Shown here piece after piece: positions 1 to 9,180 of a DNA stretch of 64,000 nt. The stretch covers positions 8,183-72,182 of the forward strand of contig JAMQHH010000005.1 of the NCBI GenBank assembly GCA_025993875.1, given 5' to 3'. The position numbers and the translations under genes were made by a program. Origin of the DNA: Candidatus Dojkabacteria bacterium (GTDB lineage Bacteria > Patescibacteriota > Dojkabacteria > J137). Under the pieces are notes generated by a model, which was not told where the DNA came from, did not search any database, and saw nothing but the letters and a program-made list of their open reading frames with translations. Numbering within the stretch: the stretch's first letter is position 1; each line of letters opens with the position of its first letter.

Positions 1-120
1 TCTTTTACACTATTGGCGTTGATAAACCATACATAAATTCATTAGTACCTACTTTTGGTTATTTGTTATCAACCATGACACTTGGCGTAATTAAAAATAT
101 TTGGATTAAAATACAAAGCG

Positions 121-327
121 ATGGAAGAAAATAAATTCTACACAATCGAACAGGTAGCTGAAATGTTACAAGTTGTTTATCTGACGGTTTATCGCTGGAT
201 TCAAGATGATAAATTAAAGGCCGTTAAGGCAGGTAAACAGTATCGAATTAGGCAATCTGACTTAGATAAGTTTTTAGAAGCAAAAGATAAGTCATTTGCA
301 AAGGGTGTTGAAAATGGAGGTAAGTAA
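121..327 (+). CDS. Excisionase/AlpA-family helix-turn-helix DNA-binding protein (putative recombination directionality factor)
   Basis: 68-aa ORF. The segment YTIEQVAEMLQVVYLTVYRWIQDDKLKAVKAGKQYRIRQSDLDKFL has the look of small excisionase-family HTH proteins. It is the first gene of a recombinase-bearing module. Confidence 0.55.
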   Translation: MEENKFYTIEQVAEMLQVVYLTVYRWIQDDKLKAVKAGKQYRIRQSDLDKFLEAKDKSFAKGVENGGK

Positions 328-418
328 AAGCCAAAAACCTTTACAGGGCTTATTTGTTTAGGAATCGTCCATTTGCAAGACGCCTTGAAAATGAGTAATA
401 GTTATTACAAATAAAATT

Positions 419-943
419 ATGATTCATATAGTAATGGGTATTTCTGGAAGTGGTAAGACAACTGCTTCGAAGTATCTTGCAGAAAAGTTAGATGCTGAAA
501 TAATAAATACTGATGTACTGCATTCGCTTTTATTCCCAAATGGTGAAAGAACCGAAACAGGTGATTTTACGCCAGAACAATTAGCAGAAATATATAGGTG
601 TTTAAGACCGCTTGCTTATTATCTGTCAAAGACAAGTCCTACAAAACATATAATCTTCGAAGGTAATTTTAGATTCAAATCACAGCGAGATTTTATTACC
701 GAAATGATGAAGGCAGAAAATTTATCTTACAAAATTTTGTTTATTCAAATAGGCAACGATGCAATAGCAGAAAAGCGCATTACTAATAGGCACTTGAATG
801 AAGGTGCTCCTGATACTTACGAAGATTATTTGAAAATAAAGCAGGTATATGAAAAGCCTGATGACGCCTATATTATCGATAATTCAGACGATGTTGGTTC
901 TTTTGAAACCAAATTAGATGACTATATAAAATCTATTTCTTAA
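419..943 (+). CDS. P-loop kinase-like protein (AAA_33 / zeta-toxin-like fold)
   Basis: Walker A GISGSGKTT near the N-terminus and a lid-like RITNRH segment; 174 aa. An EEP gene follows immediately. Confidence 0.55.
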   Translation: MIHIVMGISGSGKTTASKYLAEKLDAEIINTDVLHSLLFPNGERTETGDFTPEQLAEIYRCLRPLAYYLSKTSPTKHIIFEGNFRFKSQRDFITEMMKAENLSYKILFIQIGNDAIAEKRITNRHLNEGAPDTYEDYLKIKQVYEKPDDAYIIDNSDDVGSFETKLDDYIKSIS

Positions 944-953
944 TTACAGTGTT

Positions 954-1745
954 ATGAAACTTCTAAACATAAATGTGGGCATAAAGATTAACAATACTCT
1001 GGAAGTCGGCAATTACATTAAAGAGCAAAATGCAGATTTTGTTGCAATTCAGGAAATTGTCAGGCATCTTGAAGATAGTGTCTACGATGAATTTCGTTCA
1101 AAAGCAGGTGTTGAAGAAATATTAGGTAAGTTGTACCCACACAACTTTTTTGGAGCACTTTGGGTCACCGATGCTTTTAGAAAAGGTGGTAAAGTACATC
1201 GTGACTTTGGCGGACACATCGAACAGGGTAACCAGATTTTATCGAAATATGAAATTGTAGAAGGAACTAATGAGCATTACTATAAAACATATTCTTATGC
1301 CAAAGATTGGACTAATTGGCGTGATGAAGACCACGGCAGGGCTGTTCTAATAAGTGAGTTTAATGTTAGTGGGAAAAGGTTACAAATATTAAATCTTCAC
1401 GGAATCTGGACACACGATAAACAAGGCGATAATAGAACTATTGCCGAATGTGAATATGTTCTAAAAGCTGCAAAGCGTAAAGATATACCAACAATTATTA
1501 CAGGTGACTTCAATTTATTACCAGAAACAGAATCTATAAGGATACTCAATAAGGAGTTTACTAATCTTATTTCCGAATATGGAATAACTTCAACACGTCC
1601 GCATTTTGATGATGGAACTGACAAAGGCAACCAAGTTGTTGATTATATTTTTGTGAATAACGGAATTAAGGTAAACAGCTTTGAAGTACCTGAAACGGAT
1701 GTATCTGACCATTTGCCGTTAATTTTGGATTTTGACATTAAATAA
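954..1745 (+). CDS. Endonuclease/exonuclease/phosphatase (EEP) family protein
   Basis: N-terminal ...DFVAIQEI (catalytic Glu region) and C-terminal SDHLPLILDF (EEP signature His motif). Tightly linked to the kinase-like gene upstream. Confidence 0.7.
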   Translation: MKLLNINVGIKINNTLEVGNYIKEQNADFVAIQEIVRHLEDSVYDEFRSKAGVEEILGKLYPHNFFGALWVTDAFRKGGKVHRDFGGHIEQGNQILSKYEIVEGTNEHYYKTYSYAKDWTNWRDEDHGRAVLISEFNVSGKRLQILNLHGIWTHDKQGDNRTIAECEYVLKAAKRKDIPTIITGDFNLLPETESIRILNKEFTNLISEYGITSTRPHFDDGTDKGNQVVDYIFVNNGIKVNSFEVPETDVSDHLPLILDFDIK

Positions 1746-3323
1746 ATGAAAAAAGCCATAATACTTGCCCGTGTATCAACTCCTGAACAGGAAAAGACAG
1801 GATTATCACTGGAAGACATTCAGTTACCGCAAATGCGTGAATATGCCCTTGAAAAAGGGTTTGTTGTTGATAGCGAGTATGTATTTCAAGAAACCGCCAG
1901 CCAGAAACTTAGAAAAAAGTTTGATGAAATGGTTGACTATGTCAAAAAGAGTAAAGATATACGAGCGATAATCGCATTTAGGGTTGATAGAATGACCAGA
2001 AACTACCGTGATGCTGTCGAAATGGATAATTTACGGATTGAATATCACAAAGAACTTCATTTCGTGAACGACAGATTGATGTTAGATGAAAATAGTGTCG
2101 GTCGGGATATTCAAGATTGGGACTTAAAAGTGTTTTTAGCAAAACAACATATAAACCGTTGCCAAGAAGATGCCCATAATACTCTTCAATCAAAGTTAAA
2201 GTCAGGTGGTACTTACGGTCGAGCACCTTATGGATATAGAAATATCAGTAAAGAAGAAGAAAGAAATAATCTAAATCTACCTCGTGTAGTTGTCGAGCCG
2301 TTCGAAGCAGGAATTGTTAAGAAAGTTTTTGATTGGTATACAACAGGCTCAGATTCTTATTTATCCATTGCAAATCGACTACACAAAGATTATCCAACAC
2401 AATTTCCAGTGCTAAAAACAGCCAGACGGAAAGTCGAGAATATTATAAAGAACCCTTACTATCACGGCGAACGTGAATACAAAGGTAAAATCTATCCGCA
2501 CAGATTCGAAACCATAATTCCAAAAGAAGTATTTGAATTGGCAACGGAAAAAAGAACTGGTCGAGCAAGAGTAAAGGATAAACAAAAGAAAGTCACAAAA
2601 TCAATCTATGGCGGTCTTATAAGATGTTCAGAATGTGGATGTGCATTTAGTCCAAGCCCAAATAGACATACTCGTTTAGGGCGTGAAGTTGAAAGCGATA
2701 CTTATTACTATTGCACTAATTCAAAACGACAACACGAACAAAAGCCGCCTGGAACTAATGATAAAGAATTAACTGAACAATTTGCCAAACTATTCAAATC
2801 AATAAAGATTCCACAAAAAGACTTAGACAAACTAACCAAAACACTTCGTGACTCACACGAAGGCAAGAAAGCATTTACGATTGCGGAAACACAAGAATGT
2901 CGAACACAAATAGATAAACTACAAAGACGAATTGAAAATGCTTATGAAGATAAACTTGACGGCAGTATTACTACCGAACAATATAACAAATTCCGTGAAA
3001 ACTGGACTAAGCAAAAAGAAGAATATGAAGGCAAACTGGCAAGAATTAGTAAGGCAGATAAAGAGTACTATATTACGGCATCTTACTTACTGGAATTGGC
3101 ATCTCGGAGTTATGAATTATTCTTAGGTTCTGAACCTGAACAAAAAAGGCAGATTATCACATTAACACTTCAAAACCTTACTTTGAAAGATGGAAACCTT
3201 TGCTATGATTGGGTTAAACCCTTCGACAGTATCTTCGTTTCGGCTAAAAGTCACAAATGGGGTAGATTATGGCGAGAAATACGAACTGCTCTAATGGCTC
3301 ATTATATTGATTTAGCAATATAA
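1746..3323 (+). CDS. Large serine recombinase (integrase)
   Basis: N-terminal resolvase catalytic region AIILARVSTPEQ with Ser nucleophile, a recombinase domain, the Cys-rich zinc ribbon CSECGCAF...YYYCTN and a C-terminal coiled coil; 525 aa. Its last ~12 codons overlap a degenerate copy of the tRNA-His 3' end (3255-3286). Confidence 0.9.
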   Translation: MKKAIILARVSTPEQEKTGLSLEDIQLPQMREYALEKGFVVDSEYVFQETASQKLRKKFDEMVDYVKKSKDIRAIIAFRVDRMTRNYRDAVEMDNLRIEYHKELHFVNDRLMLDENSVGRDIQDWDLKVFLAKQHINRCQEDAHNTLQSKLKSGGTYGRAPYGYRNISKEEERNNLNLPRVVVEPFEAGIVKKVFDWYTTGSDSYLSIANRLHKDYPTQFPVLKTARRKVENIIKNPYYHGEREYKGKIYPHRFETIIPKEVFELATEKRTGRARVKDKQKKVTKSIYGGLIRCSECGCAFSPSPNRHTRLGREVESDTYYYCTNSKRQHEQKPPGTNDKELTEQFAKLFKSIKIPQKDLDKLTKTLRDSHEGKKAFTIAETQECRTQIDKLQRRIENAYEDKLDGSITTEQYNKFRENWTKQKEEYEGKLARISKADKEYYITASYLLELASRSYELFLGSEPEQKRQIITLTLQNLTLKDGNLCYDWVKPFDSIFVSAKSHKWGRLWREIRTALMAHYIDLAI

Positions 3324-3336
3324 TCTACTCCATAAA

Positions 3337-3786
3337 TCAATGGGTTAATTCTTTATCAGGCCAGGGATAAGGCATAAGTTCTGATATTGGAACTTGTTTT
3401 ATCTTACCTTCTTCTTCAATAATTATAACCGTGTCAATTTTGGACCTTATGCTACTTTCCCAGACTAGTTGTTTGCAGTTATGACAATTTGGTCCAGTCA
3501 TAGCTACTATCCGAGTTTCTCCATGCTGGGCTGCTCTTGCCAAAGCTACTGCCTCACTGTGCATAGTAGTATTGTGAGTATCAGACTTGTAAGAAGCACC
3601 TGTTATTACTGTACCTTTGTCTGTAAGAAGTGCAACTGCAAAGCCACTATTATTTTCAGGGAAAGTGAACTGTAGAGCCTTATCACCTTCATTCAATAAT
3701 AATTTGCAGGTTTCTTCATCTAGCTCATAAACCAAGAAACCATCATCTTTTTGCTTTGGTTCAGTTAATTTTATTTGTTGAAACAT
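3337..3786 (-). CDS. Cytidine/deoxycytidine deaminase-like protein (CDA fold)
   Basis: Zinc-binding motifs HSEAVA (the H/C-A-E motif) and PNCHNC (the PCxxC motif). Layout matches homotetrameric Cdd: FAVALLTDKGTVITGASYK...HSE...PNCHNCKQ. Confidence 0.7.
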   Translation of the reverse strand: MFQQIKLTEPKQKDDGFLVYELDEETCKLLLNEGDKALQFTFPENNSGFAVALLTDKGTVITGASYKSDTHNTTMHSEAVALARAAQHGETRIVAMTGPNCHNCKQLVWESSIRSKIDTVIIIEEEGKIKQVPISELMPYPWPDKELTH

Positions 3787-3859
3787 GGTTTTTGCAATAA
3801 AAGCTATATAAATTTTACTCTTTTTTCCACTTTACTTACGACCATTATACGACTATAAT

Positions 3860-4891
3860 ATGAATATGTTCAAGCCTAAATATACAATAACAAATACTCT
3901 TGCTACCAACATGCGTAAAGTTGGCGAAATTGTGGGAGAGCTTAATAGTAAAGTGCTTTCAAGCACTGTTCTAATGAATATGGAGCGAGATGCTAGAGCA
4001 TTATCTGCTCATTCTTCGACTCAAATTGAAGGTAACCCTTTACCTTTAACTGATGTGAAGAAAATCATTAAATCCAGACCTGAACATATTCGGGATACTG
4101 AACGAGAAGTCCTAAATTACAACAAAGCAATGTTGATGCTTGATGAGCAAATTAGAGCTGGGAAAGTTAGTAAATTATCTAATGAATTTATCTGCAAAAT
4201 CCAAAGTATAGTTATCGATGGTCTAATAAGTGAGTCATACAAGGGTAAATATCGAACAGAGCCAGTGTTTGTAAATGACCCAGTAAAAAGAGAGACTGTA
4301 TATTTACCACCTGATGCCAAAGATGTAGAAACTTTAATGACTGAGTTAGTTGAATTTATAAATGAAAATAAAGGCAAAATTGACCCTTTGATAATTGCAG
4401 GACTTTTTCATAAACAAGCAGTTGTGATTCACCCATTCATTGATGGAAATGGTAGAACTACGAGGTTAGTAACAAAAACCTTACTTGCCGAGCTTGGTAT
4501 CAATACTTTTCCATTATTTAGCTTTGAAAACTATTACAACAATAATGTAACTAGATATTTCCAAAATGTAGGGGTATTTGGAAATTACTACGATATTGTA
4601 GAAAGCATAGATTTTACCCAGTGGTTAGAGTACTTCACCGATGGAATTATTGATGAATTAAATAGGGTTAAATCGCAGTTTCCACAATATCAAGAGAGAC
4701 TTGAACCGCATCACAAACAAATTCTTGAATACATCAAAGAACATGGCTCAATTACAATGAGAGAGTATGAAGAAATTACAGACAGAGCAAAAGCAACAAG
4801 GATACAGGACTTTAAGAAGTTGGTAGATTTAGGGCTGATTGTGCCTGTAGGGGCTGGCAAGGCTACTTATTATATTTTGAAAAGCGAATAG
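3860..4891 (+). CDS. Fic family AMPylase, class II (intramolecular inhibitory helix) with C-terminal winged HTH
   Basis: Fic motif HPFIDGNGRTTR. The N-terminal inhibitory motif STQIEGN fits [ST]xxxE[GN]. The C-terminal ILEYIKEHGSITMREYEEITDRAKATRIQDFKKLVDLGLI is wHTH-like. Confidence 0.85.
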   Translation: MNMFKPKYTITNTLATNMRKVGEIVGELNSKVLSSTVLMNMERDARALSAHSSTQIEGNPLPLTDVKKIIKSRPEHIRDTEREVLNYNKAMLMLDEQIRAGKVSKLSNEFICKIQSIVIDGLISESYKGKYRTEPVFVNDPVKRETVYLPPDAKDVETLMTELVEFINENKGKIDPLIIAGLFHKQAVVIHPFIDGNGRTTRLVTKTLLAELGINTFPLFSFENYYNNNVTRYFQNVGVFGNYYDIVESIDFTQWLEYFTDGIIDELNRVKSQFPQYQERLEPHHKQILEYIKEHGSITMREYEEITDRAKATRIQDFKKLVDLGLIVPVGAGKATYYILKSE

Positions 4892-4916
4892 TTAAATATT
4901 TTTTACTTTTACATTT

Positions 4917-5639
4917 ATGAATGATGAAATAGAAGCAAAATTTAGAAAAGTGGATAAAGATGAAGTTCGAACAAAGTTGCAGCAAGCGGGAGCTAGTCTG
5001 TTAAAACCTGAATTTTTGCAAAAAAGAGTTGTATTCAATCTACCCACCCTAGAATCGAATCTCCCTGAAATGCCAATAATAGAAACTATTGATGGTTCTG
5101 ACTTTGTAGTTTTTGAAAACGACAAAAAAGTTAAGGTCAGCAATGGAGCTAATGCCCAACAAATAATCGAAACAATATTTTCGACCGATATTAGGGCAAG
5201 AGCTAACAAGGGTTGGCTTCGAGTTAGAGACGAGGCAACTAGGATTACAATGACCTACAAAAGACAGGATAGTTCTTTGATTGATGGAATGAGAGAAATT
5301 GAAGTTACTGTAGATGATTTTAACTTAGCTTTTGAATTATTGACCTATCTAGGATGTAAATATAAAGCATATCAAGAAACTAGACGAGAGTTATGGGAGC
5401 TTAATGGTGTGGAAGTCACTATTGATGAGTGGCCTTATTTAGAACCTTTTGTCGAGGTTGAAGGACATTCAGAAGGAGAAGTTAAAGAAGTGTCTAATAC
5501 GCTTGGTTTTGAGTGGGAAACTGCTCACTTTGGTGCAGTTGATACTTTATATTCTGAGAAATATGGCGTTACAGAAAAGCACATAAACGAAGAGACACCT
5601 GAGATTCTATTTGATAAACCAAATCCTTTCACTAAATAA
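4917..5639 (+). CDS. CYTH / triphosphate tunnel metalloenzyme domain protein (CyaB/ThTPase-like)
   Basis: N-terminal EIEAKF (ExExK signature), then LRVRDE, TYKRQ, REIEVTVDD and ELWELNGVEVTIDEWPYLEPFVEVEG, the acidic tunnel residues typical of CYTH. It has a ~50-aa insertion after strand 2. Confidence 0.65.
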   Translation: MNDEIEAKFRKVDKDEVRTKLQQAGASLLKPEFLQKRVVFNLPTLESNLPEMPIIETIDGSDFVVFENDKKVKVSNGANAQQIIETIFSTDIRARANKGWLRVRDEATRITMTYKRQDSSLIDGMREIEVTVDDFNLAFELLTYLGCKYKAYQETRRELWELNGVEVTIDEWPYLEPFVEVEGHSEGEVKEVSNTLGFEWETAHFGAVDTLYSEKYGVTEKHINEETPEILFDKPNPFTK

Positions 5640-5760
5640 TTTAATTTTTATTCTATGAACACTAAAATGAACACCACAAACGAATACTATGATAATATTA
5701 TGGTTTATTCCAGACCGTCTAAACACTCACTTTGAAAATTAAATTATTAACTAAAAAATT

Positions 5761-6798
5761 ATGAGCAAAATACGCTACCAAAATGAGAAGATGAAGCGAA
5801 AGTATTTCGATTGGGCAAAGGGAGCTTTGGGTTACTCAGATAAAACCATGAAGGTTAAAGAAGCAGCTTTGTGGAAGTACGATGAATATACAAAGAATCA
5901 GGATTACAAAAAATTTAATGCTGACTCAGCAAAGGGTTTTAAGAAATGGCTTGAAGTAACTAAGAATAAAAATACTGGTAATACACTAGATAAGACTACC
6001 CAATACAGCGTATTGCGACATGTGAACCATTTCTTTAATTGGCTATCTATGCAGTCAGGCTACAAGTCGAAAGTAACGATGGATGATGTAGCTTATTTAA
6101 GACTAAGCAAAGCAGATACCAAGATTGCAACTAGTTCTAAAATGCCAAAGTATCCAAGTCTAGCTTACATTCAGAAAATGTGTAGTTTCCCTATTGAAAA
6201 TGAGATTGACCAACGAGACAGAGCCTTAATTGCTTTTACAGCTTTATCAGGGATGCGAGATTTAGCGATTATTAGTTTACCTATTGGCTGCTTTGCTCCT
6301 GAGAAATTACTTATTGAACAAGACCCAGCACAAGGTGTAAAAACAAAGTTCTCCAAAACCATATATACAACGCTTTTTAAGTTTGATGATACCCTTCTAA
6401 ATTATATTTTGGAGTGGCATCAATTTTTAAGAAAAGAGAAACTATTTGATAATAGTAACCCACTATTCCCAGCAACTAAGATTGAACTAGCGAGTGAAAC
6501 TCAACATTCATTTATTGCAGCAGGTGTAGATAAAGTTTACTGGGCTGACACTAATCCAATGCGAAAGATGTTTCGAGCAAGAGCCGAACAGATGGGTTTG
6601 GAATACTACTCACCTCACAAGTTCAGGCATTTTGCGATTAGTGAAGCTAACAAGTATGCAATTGGGGCAGAGCAAATGAAAGCAATTAGCCAGAATGTTG
6701 GGCATGAGAGGTTAACAACAACTTTTTATGGATATGGAGCAGTTGATAACTACCGAGTCTCTGACATTATTTCAAGTATGGAGTTTAAGGGTAAGTAA
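5761..6798 (+). CDS. Tyrosine recombinase / phage-type integrase
   Basis: C-terminal catalytic signature ...RALIAFTALSGMR..., HKFRHFAIS and GHERLTTTFYGY, i.e. the R...HxxR...Y pattern; 345 aa. Confidence 0.8.
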   Translation: MSKIRYQNEKMKRKYFDWAKGALGYSDKTMKVKEAALWKYDEYTKNQDYKKFNADSAKGFKKWLEVTKNKNTGNTLDKTTQYSVLRHVNHFFNWLSMQSGYKSKVTMDDVAYLRLSKADTKIATSSKMPKYPSLAYIQKMCSFPIENEIDQRDRALIAFTALSGMRDLAIISLPIGCFAPEKLLIEQDPAQGVKTKFSKTIYTTLFKFDDTLLNYILEWHQFLRKEKLFDNSNPLFPATKIELASETQHSFIAAGVDKVYWADTNPMRKMFRARAEQMGLEYYSPHKFRHFAISEANKYAIGAEQMKAISQNVGHERLTTTFYGYGAVDNYRVSDIISSMEFKGK

Positions 6799-6851
6799 AA
6801 TTGTCGTTTATTGTAAAAGGGATATAAAGTAAAATATTTTTAACTATAAGT

Positions 6852-8555
6852 ATGAGTAAATTTATTAAAGAACACAATTTTGCCAAGAACCGCTACTTTC
6901 TCTATGCCAGAAAGTCTAGTGAATCGGAAGACCGCCAAGTCGCTTCAATATCAGCACAAGTAGAAGTAATGACTGACGTTGCAAAAGAGCTTGGTTTGAA
7001 AATTGTCGATACTCTTAGTGAGTCTTCATCAGGATTCCATGTAGGCAGAAAAGTGTTTAATGAAATGCTGGAAAGAATAGCTAATGGTGAAGCGGATGGA
7101 ATTATTGTTTGGAAACTTTCCCGTTTGTCTCGTAACCCTGATGACGCTGGCAAAATAATGGGTATGCTTCAAAGAAAAGAAGTTAAACATATTCGTACAA
7201 TTGATAGAAACTGGCTTCCAGAAGACAATGTAATGATGATGTATGTCGAGTTTGGAGTAACCAATCAATTCAGTAGGGATTTGAGTGATGACACCACTAG
7301 AGGTTTAATCAAGAAAGCAGAAAGAGGTTGGAATCCAAAGGCTTCATTGCCACTCGGCTATATGCACTCACCCTTCAAAAAAGTTGGTGACCAAGAAATA
7401 ATGCCCGACCCAGAACGATTCGAGATAATCTCAAAAGCACTAAGAAAAGTTGCTACTGGTGAAATGCGCCCACTAATTGCTTTGAATTATGCAAATAATC
7501 TTGGTTTAAGGACTAAGAAAGGTGAGGAAGTGTCTGAAAGTGTATTCTACAGAATGCTTTCCAATCCTTTTTATTGCGGAAAATTTGAATATCCAGAAGC
7601 TAGTAGTAATTGGTATGACGGTAAGCATGAAAAAGCAATTTCAGAAGAAGAATTTGAACTAATACAAAAATACAGAGGACATAAAGATAGACCAAGACCT
7701 CAAAAGCACTTATTCCCGTATACAGGAATGATGAAATGTGGTGAATGTGGATGTTCAATTGTTGTAGACCCGAAAGTGAAGGTTCAGAAGAATGGTAATG
7801 TACACAAATATTTTTATTACCGTTGCACAAAATCCAAAGGTAATTGCAGTCAGAAGTACTTAGAAGTAACCCAACTAGAAAAGCAACTAGCTGAAATGCT
7901 TGAATCCATTGAAATACCTGATTCTTTCCATCAATGGGCATTAGATGAACTAGAGCTTGATGTTCAGAAAGACATTTCAGATAGAAATGAAATTATTGAG
8001 GCTGCGCAGAAAGGCTATGATGAAGCCCTAGAACAGATTCATAATTTGGTGAAGGGATATTCAAGTGGCAAAATTCCAGAAGAGGCTTACGATTCTAACC
8101 TTGCAGAATTTAATAAATCAAAAGCGAAATACAAAAAGATTTTAGACAATACCGACGAACGCATAGCAGAATGGACAGAACAAGCTAAAAAATCGTTCAA
8201 ATTTGCTCATGAAGCTAAACAGAAGTTTGAGGATGGAGATTTGACAGTTAAGAACGATATTTTTCTAAATTTAGGAGCCAATATTGTAATTAAAGATTTA
8301 CATCTTTCAGTTGATATAGATAAACCTTTGTTAATAATCAAGAAAGCAAAGTCAAAATTTGAGAAATTGGAGTCAACCTTCTCACCTGTCAATACCCTGA
8401 ACGGTGGGGAAAATATTGAGATTTTATCGTCTAAAAAAATCATGATGGGTGATCTGTTAGACATATTCAGAACAAAATTCCCACACTTTAATATTAGCTT
8501 GGAACAGTTTAAAATCTTCTTTCAAAACTTCGGGATTCAGCCTTTAGTTATTTAA
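6852..8555 (+). CDS. Large serine recombinase (second copy, distinct C-terminus)
   Basis: YFLYARKSSESEDRQVASISAQ (Ser nucleophile region), a recombinase domain, the zinc ribbon CGECGCSIVVDP...YYRCTKSKGNCS and a coiled-coil tail; 567 aa. Confidence 0.9.
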   Translation: MSKFIKEHNFAKNRYFLYARKSSESEDRQVASISAQVEVMTDVAKELGLKIVDTLSESSSGFHVGRKVFNEMLERIANGEADGIIVWKLSRLSRNPDDAGKIMGMLQRKEVKHIRTIDRNWLPEDNVMMMYVEFGVTNQFSRDLSDDTTRGLIKKAERGWNPKASLPLGYMHSPFKKVGDQEIMPDPERFEIISKALRKVATGEMRPLIALNYANNLGLRTKKGEEVSESVFYRMLSNPFYCGKFEYPEASSNWYDGKHEKAISEEEFELIQKYRGHKDRPRPQKHLFPYTGMMKCGECGCSIVVDPKVKVQKNGNVHKYFYYRCTKSKGNCSQKYLEVTQLEKQLAEMLESIEIPDSFHQWALDELELDVQKDISDRNEIIEAAQKGYDEALEQIHNLVKGYSSGKIPEEAYDSNLAEFNKSKAKYKKILDNTDERIAEWTEQAKKSFKFAHEAKQKFEDGDLTVKNDIFLNLGANIVIKDLHLSVDIDKPLLIIKKAKSKFEKLESTFSPVNTLNGGENIEILSSKKIMMGDLLDIFRTKFPHFNISLEQFKIFFQNFGIQPLVI

Positions 8556-9157
8556 AAACAGCTCCATTCAGTCATATTACTTGAATATCCGATAATGACT
8601 GGTATGGTTTCTGGTACTAAATCAGGATTCATTGCATAAACAGTAAGTCTTAAATGTCCTTCTAAAACTACTAATTTTTTGCCATCGCTTACCAATATTA
8701 GCTTATTAAACTTTTTACCTTTTTTAAAATCTTCACTTGCATTTAAGAATCCTTCATTACTCACTTCAAATACAGTTTTTCCTTCTTTAATTGACTTAAC
8801 AGCATCTTTTGGTAATCTACTCCCACTAGTTAATTCAGTCCAATAATCATAATCTATATAGAAAACTTGATTAAGTAATTCTTCTTTAGTTATATCAACT
8901 TCATGCCATTCGATATTGGTAGGAAAACCTTCAAATAATCCTACGTTATTATCGTAATCCCTGTATATATTAAAAAGTTTTTTCCTTGTTTGATTTTCTT
9001 CTTCATTTTTAAGGTCCGCATTAGTAATGATTTCAGTATTTGCATTTAACTTATTCAAACCTTCGGTTAGCTTATTCTTGAATCTACTGGAATCTAATTC
9101 TGCCTTTAAGAACTCTAAAATCATTATATTTTCAGTTATCTTCTTTCTGTTGTTCAT
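8552..9157 (-). CDS. Hypothetical protein (201 aa, no recognisable motif)
   Basis: Clean ORF divergent from the THUMP methyltransferase. Lys/Asp-rich and non-repetitive. No catalytic motif recognised. Confidence 0.4.
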   Translation of the reverse strand: MNNRKKITENIMILEFLKAELDSSRFKNKLTEGLNKLNANTEIITNADLKNEEENQTRKKLFNIYRDYDNNVGLFEGFPTNIEWHEVDITKEELLNQVFYIDYDYWTELTSGSRLPKDAVKSIKEGKTVFEVSNEGFLNASEDFKKGKKFNKLILVSDGKKLVVLEGHLRLTVYAMNPDLVPETIPVIIGYSSNMTEWSCF

Positions 9158-9180
9158 AGTTTTTTATATAATTCAGCTAT

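Noticed and set aside
1397-2226. Small overlapping ORFs 1397-1630(-), 1765-1971(+) and 1978-2226(-) within the EEP and recombinase genes
   Set aside because: They are nested in genes with clear catalytic motifs. No start-context or motif support.
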